DNA of 64,000 nt from Candidatus Latescibacterota bacterium (GTDB taxonomy: Bacteria; Latescibacterota; UBA2968): positions 3,008,001 through 3,072,000 of the forward strand of contig OZ220741.1 of the NCBI GenBank assembly GCA_965116885.1, in the 5' to 3' direction. The number at the start of each line of letters is the position of its first letter. The first letter of the stretch is position 1. The translations under genes and the position numbers were made by a program. This document shows positions 48,084 through 56,437 of the stretch, in pieces. The notes under the pieces are model-generated. The model was not told the DNA's origin, made no database searches, and was given only the letters and a program-made list of their open reading frames with translations.

Positions 48084-48167
48084 GTCAGGTTGATGGATGG
48101 TGATTTTTTTTGTATTATTTGAAGTGGTCAAAATACACGTTAAACCACGAATAAAATGAGGTTCTTC

Positions 48168-48482
48168 ATGGCAACCAAAGAGTATTATATGGCGGGGTTG
48201 AGTAAGTTGGGAACTGGAGATCTGGAAGGCGCGATTGTCGAATTTGAGAAGGCTGTTGCAGACGATGCCTCGTTTTACATAGCGCATCTGGGATGGGCGC
48301 AGGCACTGGATCGGCAGGGGAAGATTGACGAGGCGATTGAACAGGTCAAATGTGCTTTGCAAATAGTTCCCGATGAGGCACTGGCCCATACGAGTCTGTC
48401 GCGCTTGTATCAGCAGAAAGGGATGATTGAAGAGGCCGAAGAGGAAATGGCTATTTCTCACAAACTCTCTCAAAATATTTGA
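48168..48482 (+). CDS. Small TPR protein
   Basis: TPR-like A/G/L periodicity (AIVEFEKAV, AHLGWAQAL, AHTSLSRLY). Confidence 0.8.
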   Translation: MATKEYYMAGLSKLGTGDLEGAIVEFEKAVADDASFYIAHLGWAQALDRQGKIDEAIEQVKCALQIVPDEALAHTSLSRLYQQKGMIEEAEEEMAISHKLSQNI

Positions 48483-50521
48483 AAATGGCTCGTGTATTGA
48501 AAATGGGGACGTCCTGTTTGGGCGTCCTCTCTGTTTTTGTGTTAATCGCGTGTGTAACAGCAAGTGCAGATTCAGTTGATTCGCTGCTGGCACGCGCGCA
48601 GAGCGATACGTTGAAACCACTTGATTACCGCATTGGGTTGCTCCGAAAAGCGCTCAATGTGGATGGGGATCGCGCTGATGTCTGTGCGGCATTGGGCGCG
48701 TTGTTTATGCAAAAGAATACGCCGGCGAGCAGGGTGCGTGCAGATCGCTATATTTATCGCGCGATTGTATTGGACCCTGAGAATATAGACTATCATCTGT
48801 CTTACGCGACTCTGCAGCGCAAGAAGGGTTTTCGGTACAATGCCAGGCGATATTTTGAAAAGGTGCTCACCATAGATTCAACACAGGTTGAAGCAGCCTG
48901 TGAAGTGGGCGATTATTATTTGCAGGATATGTTAAAATACGTCGATGCACGACGTTTTGACGGAGGTGGGAGTATGCGGTCTTTTGCAATGGAGAGTGTG
49001 CAAAAGGCCGCGGATTATTACCACTACGCACTTGCATATGATCCCTATTGTAGGCGCGCGTATTACGGGTTGGGTATGCTGAGTATAGAGGGTGGGTATA
49101 ACGAGGATTTGATTGTTATTGCACGGGCACTTTTAGACCGATGGCCACAGGATCGGGACGGTCTTTTGTTTTTGGGATTGGGGTATTATGTGGCCGAAAA
49201 GTTTGAGGCAGCAGGCAAAGCATTTGGTCGCGCATACGCGCAGATGGATTCTGTTGGGCAGGCGGCGATGACTTCAATAGAATTGTTGGGTGGTGGGGAT
49301 GAGGCACACGCGCTTTTTTGGCAAAAACGCGATCCTTTATTTCTCACGCCTGTGAACGAAAGAAAGTTGGCACATCGCGGGCGGGTTGCTTATGCAAATT
49401 TGAGATTTGGTCTGCCCGATGAGGGAATTGCGGGTTGGGAAACGGATATGGGCAAGGTGTGGATTCGCTATGGTCGCTATGTCAATCGCGTGAGAACGCT
49501 TATTCCGCACCGGGAGATCTGGACTTATGAAGATTTTTCAATGGCCTTTTTTTCTTACGATTCTGTGCATTGGAAATTGGAATCGATGAAGGATGAGCGC
49601 TGGGCGCTCGTTCCGGGTGGATGGGGCAGAAGTCAGATTCTGTCGTCTGATTTTTATTTGCCCGAGCGCTATGTCGATCCATACGGAGACCAGAAATACG
49701 GATTGCCCGTACAGGTGGGATTTTTTGAGACAGGAGAAGGACAAGTCAAAGTGGCACTATCATGGGGTATTCCCAAGCATCAGTTGCAGTATCTCAAGCT
49801 CTATGAGACCTATCAAGTCGATTTAGATGCCGGTATTTTTGTACACAGAAGCAATGGGCAAGAGGTAACCCGGGTCAGATGGCAACCAGAGACATTTCGG
49901 GATGTTTGGACCGATTCATTAAAGGCGCAGTATTTATTGGGTCAACGCGATCTGATTTTGGCAGCAGATCAAATTGCTTCACGGTTGGACGCCGATTCAC
50001 TTGCATTGTCTTTAGAAATTAGAGATGTGGGAAAGAAAACAGTGGGCATATTCCGCGATACGGTTTTTGTACAGACATTTCCCGATGATGTGGTTTCGAT
50101 GAGTTCTGTATTGCTGGCTTCACATGCAGGGGAGGGCAAAGAGGGAGTTGAAGTGATACCCAATCCGTTGAGAACTTTTGGCGCGGACGAGTTGTTGTAT
50201 ATCTATTTTGAGATCTACAATCTGGTACGCGATGAGTTTGGGCAGACGGATTTCTCTGTATCGTACAGAGTAGGACCACCAGATTTGCGGCGTTTTTCTG
50301 ACAAAAGAGATCGAGAGGCAATTGCGCAATTGGGTATGAGTGATGACAGGTGGCGTATTTCCGTTAGTACAGATTATCGAGGAAGGGAGGTGCAGGAGCC
50401 GGTTTATTTATCCGTTGATTTAAGTGAGTTGGGGCCTGGCGTGCATCTGCTATCTATAGTTGTCACTGACCGTCAGACGGGTTTACAGACATGGCGAGAA
50501 ACTCTGTTTCGCATTTTGTGA
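48479..50521 (+). CDS. GWxTD domain protein with N-terminal TPRs
   Basis: FWQKRDP..LTPVNER..H..RVAYAN, GWETDMGKVWIRYG; signal peptide; start uncertain. Confidence 0.85.
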   Translation: MKMARVLKMGTSCLGVLSVFVLIACVTASADSVDSLLARAQSDTLKPLDYRIGLLRKALNVDGDRADVCAALGALFMQKNTPASRVRADRYIYRAIVLDPENIDYHLSYATLQRKKGFRYNARRYFEKVLTIDSTQVEAACEVGDYYLQDMLKYVDARRFDGGGSMRSFAMESVQKAADYYHYALAYDPYCRRAYYGLGMLSIEGGYNEDLIVIARALLDRWPQDRDGLLFLGLGYYVAEKFEAAGKAFGRAYAQMDSVGQAAMTSIELLGGGDEAHALFWQKRDPLFLTPVNERKLAHRGRVAYANLRFGLPDEGIAGWETDMGKVWIRYGRYVNRVRTLIPHREIWTYEDFSMAFFSYDSVHWKLESMKDERWALVPGGWGRSQILSSDFYLPERYVDPYGDQKYGLPVQVGFFETGEGQVKVALSWGIPKHQLQYLKLYETYQVDLDAGIFVHRSNGQEVTRVRWQPETFRDVWTDSLKAQYLLGQRDLILAADQIASRLDADSLALSLEIRDVGKKTVGIFRDTVFVQTFPDDVVSMSSVLLASHAGEGKEGVEVIPNPLRTFGADELLYIYFEIYNLVRDEFGQTDFSVSYRVGPPDLRRFSDKRDREAIAQLGMSDDRWRISVSTDYRGREVQEPVYLSVDLSELGPGVHLLSIVVTDRQTGLQTWRETLFRIL

Positions 50522-50531
50522 CGTCAGGGAC

Positions 50532-51530
50532 CTATTTTTTTTCTTTTTTGTGCCAGAGGAGGTTAATCAGTGGTGGGCCGCCAAATAAAAGAAAGCCGAG
50601 GAGCGCGACTGCGTGTACCGACGTGGCAAATGCCAATGCGGTTTCTGGTGGCACATGGTAGAAGTGGTGGAGGGTTCCGGCGCAAAAGAAATGGTATGAG
50701 CCTATACCACCCGGCGCAGGAACGACAAATCCGATCGTGGCGATGGTCATCACAACCATAGCTTCAAACAAGCCAAGGTTGTAGTTATGTGATAGGTCAA
50801 AACTGTAGAAGGGCAAGTACATGGCGAACAAATAAAGGCTATTGAGAATCAGGGTTGATACCAATATCCCCGCGTAGCCTTCTACAGTGTGAATGGCTCT
50901 CATGCCCTGTAAAAAAGAACGCAAAATATGGGTTGCACCATCGGCCATCCTGGGAGAGAGGCGCGCCAGCAGGCGGTGAAAAATGGACAGGCCGCGTTCT
51001 CCTCGGGCGGAGAGCAGTCCCAAAAATACGAAAGCCAACAGAATTACAGGCAATGTCAGCAAGGCAACTTGTTCAAGTTTAAATTGGGGAAATGCCGCGC
51101 CGATCTGCTCTCTGGCAAAGAATAAGACCACGCCAAAGATGATCAAGAGGGTGAGTATATCGAGCAAGCGTTCTACAATCACTGTCGCCAGGATTGCACT
51201 GATGCCGGTAGGGTGATCCCTTTCGAGGGCGAGAGCACGCGCAACTTCGCCAGCGCGTGGGAATACGACATTGCCCGCATAGGCGACCATGACAGCCCAA
51301 AATGCCGAGCGAATGGAAATATTTGAGGCAACGGGCAATAGCAAAATGCGCCAACGCCAGGCTCGGGGCAAGCCCGAAACGATTACTGCGATAGCCGATA
51401 AGAGCAACCACAGGGGATTGGCCGTTTGCAGGGCTTCCACAAGGAGCGTCCCATTGACATCTCTAAACGCTGCCCAGAGAAACCCCCCCATTAACACAAG
51501 ACTGGCTGCGAGTTTGAGAAAGGTTTTCAT
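50532..51530 (-). CDS. Lysylphosphatidylglycerol synthase TM-domain (flippase-like) protein
   Basis: RAWRW, PRAGEVAR, VERLLD, PAPGGIG. Confidence 0.88.
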   Translation of the reverse strand: MKTFLKLAASLVLMGGFLWAAFRDVNGTLLVEALQTANPLWLLLSAIAVIVSGLPRAWRWRILLLPVASNISIRSAFWAVMVAYAGNVVFPRAGEVARALALERDHPTGISAILATVIVERLLDILTLLIIFGVVLFFAREQIGAAFPQFKLEQVALLTLPVILLAFVFLGLLSARGERGLSIFHRLLARLSPRMADGATHILRSFLQGMRAIHTVEGYAGILVSTLILNSLYLFAMYLPFYSFDLSHNYNLGLFEAMVVMTIATIGFVVPAPGGIGSYHFFCAGTLHHFYHVPPETALAFATSVHAVALLGFLLFGGPPLINLLWHKKEKK

Positions 51531-52414
51531 GACAGGCCATATCCCAGACTGCGAAGGGCGGTGTCTTTTTTGCGCCAGTTCTCATAGACTTTGACGTGCA
51601 GGTCGAGGTAAATTGGGTGTTCCAAAAAGGCCTCTATTTTTTTTCGTGCCTGATGTCCAATGGTTTTGAGGGTTTTTCCTCCCCGTCCTATGACAATGCC
51701 TTTTTGTGAATTGCGTTCGACAATGATATTGGCCTGAATATAGACTTTGGGGCGATTTTCTTCAAATGCCTCAATGTCGATTGCCGTTGCATAAGGCAAT
51801 TCCTGGCGGAGATGGTGGAATACTTCCTCTCGAATGAGTTCCGCAACAAAAAATCTTTCGGGCTGTTCGGTGAGCATATCTTCCGGGTAGTATTGTGGGC
51901 CTTCTGGCAGTGCATGGCGCAAAGCGGTGTGAAGGGCTTGTATGCCCTGTCCGTTGATGGCCGCTACGGATAAGACGGTCTGTGTAGCGAGTGAAGCGCG
52001 AATCTGTTGTTCGCAGCGTTTTGCTCGCGCATGTGAGATGAGGTCGGTTTTATTTATAGCGATGATTTTGGGAATATCCCATTGTCCGAAGATTTGTCGT
52101 ATTTCGGCGTCATAAGAGGTGTCAAATTCTGAACCATCGACAATGCCCAAAAGCACATCGGCACTTTGATATGCACGCCCAATTTGCCGATTCATAAATT
52201 CGTGAAGGCGATAGCGCGCAGACAAGATACCAGGGGTGTCGAGAAATATCATTTGAGTCTGTTTATCTGTGACAATACCCAGGATATTATTGCGAGTTGT
52301 CTGGGGTTTGGGCGAAATAATGGATAGACGCTCCCCCACGAGTGCATTAAAAAGCGTGGATTTGCCGACATTAGTGCGTCCAGCGATTATGACATATCCA
52401 GATTTGAAAGCCAT
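51527..52414 (-). CDS. era: GTPase Era
   Basis: GRTNVGKST, PQTTR, DTPG, NKTD, ELIRE, QELPY, KH domain IVIGRGG. Confidence 0.96.
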   Translation of the reverse strand: MAFKSGYVIIAGRTNVGKSTLFNALVGERLSIISPKPQTTRNNILGIVTDKQTQMIFLDTPGILSARYRLHEFMNRQIGRAYQSADVLLGIVDGSEFDTSYDAEIRQIFGQWDIPKIIAINKTDLISHARAKRCEQQIRASLATQTVLSVAAINGQGIQALHTALRHALPEGPQYYPEDMLTEQPERFFVAELIREEVFHHLRQELPYATAIDIEAFEENRPKVYIQANIIVERNSQKGIVIGRGGKTLKTIGHQARKKIEAFLEHPIYLDLHVKVYENWRKKDTALRSLGYGLS

Positions 52415-52424
52415 TACTGTCCAA

Positions 52425-53396
52425 TCAAAAAAATAAAATGGCCGAAATTCGGTACGTATTGTCGAGTTGGTCGTGTTCCATGAAGGCGAGATCTACGCCG
52501 AACCGACGAAGTTGCAATCCAGTGCCTGCTGTAAAGTGCCCGTCTTTGTGTCCGAGGCGAAAAGCAAGGCGGTGTTGCAGGCGGTATTCTATGCCGAGTT
52601 GTATGCTGCGTGTTTTTTCCAGTGTCGATTTTTTGTCATTCAGGTGCGTGCTAAAACCGACTTTCATATCGCCGCCGGGCACCCTGCGTTGGAGAGCAGT
52701 ACCAATGAGAAGAGATGGCGAAATGCTATCTGCAATGCCATCGGGAAATGCAATGCGCGTTTTTGTGAGATCGCGTATTATCGCGCCAATGTGAAACGTC
52801 GATGTGGGTAGATAGAGCAGACCGATGTCCAGGCCAAAACCACTTCCGATGCCCACGCTGAGATCGCGTCTGATCATTTTTATACCTGCCCCAAGACGCA
52901 ATTTATCTGTGATCTGCCGGCCATAAGCAATTCGAAAGACGTAATCTGCCGTGCCGATTTTATCGATTATTACGGGACGATTATCTGGACCAATTGGACG
53001 GTCTGGATCTTCCAGACCCGTCAGAGCAATCCCATCAACGCCAGCGCGAACAATGCCCAGACCAACGCCACCTTTTCTTATGGGCAAGCGCAATGCGAAA
53101 ATATCTTGATTCACACTGCCGCCAAATTGCTCTGCATGTTGTAAGTGAATCTCACGTTTTGGCAGCGATGAGTTGCCATTCAGTCCAGGGTTGTACACCT
53201 CTGGAGCCAGTCCTGCGGGGTTCCAATAGATCGCTGTTGCATCAAAACTGAGCGCGACATAAGCACTTCCCATGCCCAGAGCGCGGGCACCGGCACCCAA
53301 TAAGAGTGGATCTCCTGCATAATGGGATGTCTGCGCATGGGTTGGGCTTGTAAGCGCGCATGTGCAATATAATGCCAGGGTCGCAAAGCGTTTCAA
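52425..53396 (-). CDS. PorV/PorQ-family outer-membrane protein
   Basis: GARALGMG.AYVA...A.YWNPAGL, GFGLDIG, GIEY, RIS. Confidence 0.8.
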   Translation of the reverse strand: MKRFATLALYCTCALTSPTHAQTSHYAGDPLLLGAGARALGMGSAYVALSFDATAIYWNPAGLAPEVYNPGLNGNSSLPKREIHLQHAEQFGGSVNQDIFALRLPIRKGGVGLGIVRAGVDGIALTGLEDPDRPIGPDNRPVIIDKIGTADYVFRIAYGRQITDKLRLGAGIKMIRRDLSVGIGSGFGLDIGLLYLPTSTFHIGAIIRDLTKTRIAFPDGIADSISPSLLIGTALQRRVPGGDMKVGFSTHLNDKKSTLEKTRSIQLGIEYRLQHRLAFRLGHKDGHFTAGTGLQLRRFGVDLAFMEHDQLDNTYRISAILFF

Positions 53397-53896
53397 GGAT
53401 TGGCCTCTGCATGGGGAATGAAGATGGCGATATTGCCGGGATGCAATGCCGACCCCAGGGCTTTGATATCGAGAGGAGATAAAGTGAGATACGGAGTGGC
53501 ACCTGTTAGAATTCCATCCGCTCGAATGACGAGATTTGGCGTAAAGTAGAGGCGGGAACGGTGGCGAGGTCCTTCTATCAGGCGCCCGGAGAAGTCGAGG
53601 GGAAAAAGCCGTTCGCGAAGTCGCAGATTTGCATTTCCGGGTTCAACAGAGATGGGATCAATTCTGTTTACAAAGTGATAGGTCTGAGTGAGACGTGCTT
53701 CTGTGGGCGACAAGTTGAGAATGGGGCAGGTTCTCAGGACATTGCCCTTTGATTTGAGGTGAATTTGTTTGGACTGGAGATCAATAATAAGGTAGAAACC
53801 ATCCGGTGATGTTTTGATTTGATCAAGTTCGCGAACAAGGGCTTCGCGGTAGTTTTGAAGAACGATTTTGTCCTGACCAAATACAGGCGTTTCCAT
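53393..53896 (-). CDS. Degenerate L,D-transpeptidase-like (YkuD-fold) protein; start uncertain
   Basis: YLIIDL..KQIHL...VLRTC and a C-terminus co-linear with the neighbouring YkuD protein, lacking its His and Cys. Confidence 0.55.
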   Translation of the reverse strand: METPVFGQDKIVLQNYREALVRELDQIKTSPDGFYLIIDLQSKQIHLKSKGNVLRTCPILNLSPTEARLTQTYHFVNRIDPISVEPGNANLRLRERLFPLDFSGRLIEGPRHRSRLYFTPNLVIRADGILTGATPYLTLSPLDIKALGSALHPGNIAIFIPHAEANP

Positions 53897-53910
53897 CAGA
53901 AGGAAGCAAA

Positions 53911-54495
53911 TTAGTAGATATAGACCCGGTCGCCAACTTGAAGTGAGCGATACACAAAAGCCAGGTCTTCGTCGTTGAGGCGAATACATCCGTGTGTGAT
54001 ATGCCGTCCGAGCAATGTGGGATAAAGAGTACCGTGAATTTCGTACCCATCGCCCAATTCGAGGGCGTAGGCACCGAGGGTTGTCCGGTCGAGACGCCGA
54101 AATTCCCAGGGCAATACAGTGGGTTCTTCTCCAGTCTCGATAAAGGCCCACAGGGGCTTGGCCCAGATGGGGTCTGTCACTTTGTGCAAAATAGTTCTGA
54201 CACCCAATGGGGTGTGAAATTGCCAGCGTGCCGAAGCACCTGGATGGAGCAGTACTTTGCCGCTGCCTGTCGCACACGTCGCTTCTCGTATTATCTGGTT
54301 GTTGTGCCAAACTTGAAGACGGTTATGTACGGTATCGATAACGATGTAGGTTTCTGCTGAGTGTCGTTTCAACACTTCCTGAAGTGATGCGATGTCAGCT
54401 TTGAGTTGTTCGATCTCTGTTTCTCGCGCGGGTATATGAAGGGAAAAACTGAAGAACAAATAGAGAGCGAGCAATATGGTGTGAAAGCTGTGCAT
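53911..54495 (-). CDS. L,D-transpeptidase (YkuD family)
   Basis: YIVIDT, ATGSG, TPLG, IHGT...THGCIRL. Confidence 0.92.
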   Translation of the reverse strand: MHSFHTILLALYLFFSFSLHIPARETEIEQLKADIASLQEVLKRHSAETYIVIDTVHNRLQVWHNNQIIREATCATGSGKVLLHPGASARWQFHTPLGVRTILHKVTDPIWAKPLWAFIETGEEPTVLPWEFRRLDRTTLGAYALELGDGYEIHGTLYPTLLGRHITHGCIRLNDEDLAFVYRSLQVGDRVYIY

Positions 54496-54580
54496 GTATG
54501 GCTCAGAAATTGTAAAACCGAGGCGCGCAAAAAGCACCTCGGTTTTGTCTTTAAGAAGATATTTGGATGGTGCTGCCTAC

Positions 54581-55207
54581 CTACAGGCGGAAGTACCAGG
54601 GTTTGTGTCGCTCTTTCCAATCTTCGATTTTCTGGAGCGCGACCGAAACAGCACCCTGAACCTCGGCAAGTTTGTTTTCTGCACCCTGAGCTTGACCAAG
54701 AGCATCTCTGTATTGCCCGTTGTCGAGGCTGCTGCGTGCATCGCTTATACTGGTCTCGGCCTGATTCAGGTCGGCATTGAGCTGATCGAGATCATCGTCT
54801 GCGCCTTTTCCACGAGGTGCCTCACCCAAACTGACTCTGGTATCTGAAATACCGGGCATTACGCGTTCGATAATTGCCTGGGTATCGGCCTCCAGTTGCC
54901 TATTGGTGTCAGCTTCTGATTTGGCGCTATTGGCTAACTCCTGAGCTTCTACATAAAGAGGCTCGGCCTCGTCAAATTTATTAAAGAAGAAGAACTTTTT
55001 TTCTTCAAATTTCTTGGCAGCACTGTCTATGGCAGCAGTTGCTAAACTATATGCGGCGGGCGCATAAGCTTCAGCCTGAGCCGCCTGAGCTGCGGCATAA
55101 GCTGCCTCAGTATCTGCTTTCAATTTTACCAATTCTTCGGAAGGCCCACAACCCGTTATGGCAAATGCCATAACCAGAACAGTGCAAAGGCTTAAAATGG
55201 ATCGCAT
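54581..55207 (-). CDS. Alanine-rich helical lipoprotein
   Basis: Lipobox AITGC; AEAYAP; coiled-coil pattern; AGGAG-like RBS. Confidence 0.75.
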   Translation of the reverse strand: MRSILSLCTVLVMAFAITGCGPSEELVKLKADTEAAYAAAQAAQAEAYAPAAYSLATAAIDSAAKKFEEKKFFFFNKFDEAEPLYVEAQELANSAKSEADTNRQLEADTQAIIERVMPGISDTRVSLGEAPRGKGADDDLDQLNADLNQAETSISDARSSLDNGQYRDALGQAQGAENKLAEVQGAVSVALQKIEDWKERHKPWYFRL

Positions 55208-55264
55208 CCTTAAACTCCTTGAGTTTGTTGTCAATAAAGGCTTTACGCATTGTTTCCTTTGCGG

Positions 55265-55293
55265 AAGATAAAACACAAATTTCCGCTTGTCAA
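55265..55293 (-). promoter_or_regulatory. Sigma70-type promoter of the lipoprotein/L,D-transpeptidase operon
   Basis: Minus strand TTGACA, 17 nt spacer, TATCTT. Confidence 0.6.
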
Positions 55294-55349
55294 CACCAAT
55301 TTTGGTATATGAGAAATGGCGTTGAGCAGTCATTGGGGATGTATTTTAT

Positions 55350-56201
55350 TTATCGACGTTCACTTTTTTTATAAAAAAGTTTGTTCAGCGGGCTTTTGGG
55401 AGCTGTAAGGTATTTGGCTTCATCGGGCGTCAAGGCTTTGCCAAAAACAGCGATTTCATCGATTTCTCCAGGATATTTGAAATGATTAAATCGCATCACA
55501 AGAGTTTCTATATCCCAGGTCATATTCTGCTGAAGCGGACCTTTGCGCCCTGCTTCTGTGCCATCTATATACAACGCCCATTCTGCATCGGCCTTGCCAC
55601 TGTTAAAGTTGGACCATGTAATCGCGATGTGGTGCCAGTCATTTGCACGCCAATTGACTGGCACAGAAATCACACGAGCAGCGACCACATCGTCGGTAAC
55701 TGGCTGCTCTTTGTTGGGATAACATCCAAACCGAAGTGTGCCATCGGCTTTTTTGAAATCGACAAATACGACTGCATCGTCCCAGGGATATTTTTCACCG
55801 TCTTTTTTCCCAACATGAAAAGGTTCTGGATAATTGTCTTCAAAGCTGGCGATGTCGGCTTTGAGCCAGAATGCAATGCTGCCAGACCACGCGCTGTTTG
55901 CACTGTAGGCGAGGTTGTTTTTTCCGCTGTAATTGAGTGCGCCTGCATTTGGGCTAAAAGCCAAATACCCGTCGGGATTGCCGCCCTGCTTAATGTGGTT
56001 GGTGTTGGCTGTGTCAAAGGTCGCCAACGGATCGCCGAGGCTATCGAGGGCATCCACGCCTTTTTCAAAGTTGGCAAAAAAAAGTATGTGTGCTCGCAAG
56101 CTCTCTTCAATGGCCTTTTCGGGACCACCACAAGCTGTTGCGATCGCCAAAAATATAACGATTAGAGTGCCACGGGATAAATGGGGAAGATGGAACGACA
56201 T
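55350..56201 (-). CDS. LamG-like jellyroll lipoprotein
   Basis: Lipobox ATAC; GSIAFW, WHHIAITW, LYIDG, GEIDEIAVF..ALT. Confidence 0.82.
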   Translation of the reverse strand: MSFHLPHLSRGTLIVIFLAIATACGGPEKAIEESLRAHILFFANFEKGVDALDSLGDPLATFDTANTNHIKQGGNPDGYLAFSPNAGALNYSGKNNLAYSANSAWSGSIAFWLKADIASFEDNYPEPFHVGKKDGEKYPWDDAVVFVDFKKADGTLRFGCYPNKEQPVTDDVVAARVISVPVNWRANDWHHIAITWSNFNSGKADAEWALYIDGTEAGRKGPLQQNMTWDIETLVMRFNHFKYPGEIDEIAVFGKALTPDEAKYLTAPKSPLNKLFYKKSERR

Positions 56202-56358
56202 GTGTAAGGTCTCCTTAAAAAGAAATTTGGCGCATTGTTAAGTTAAATGCATAAATTGATATACTCCCAAAATGCGGGTATGTCAATACTAAAATTACGA
56301 GATTGCAAAGATAGCTTAATTACTCGAAAAACCAACTGTGTGTGTCTCTGAAATTGTC

Positions 56359-56387
56359 TTGACATCTCAAAAGTTATTTATTAGCAT
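56359..56387 (+). promoter_or_regulatory. Sigma70-type promoter of the giant FtsX-fusion operon
   Basis: TTGACA (56359-56364), 17 nt spacer, TAGCAT (56382-56387). Confidence 0.65.
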
Positions 56388-56437
56388 AAAAATCCAATTT
56401 TCTCAAAACGTTCGGCATTTTAACAGGAGCCTCCTCG

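Noticed and set aside
52425..53396. Complete type IX secretion system
   Set aside because: Only a PorV-like gene is present; no PorK/L/M/N or SprA in the window.
53897..54310. N-terminal half of the 305-aa ORF 53393-54310
   Set aside because: It overlaps the L,D-transpeptidase in another frame and does not look protein-like.
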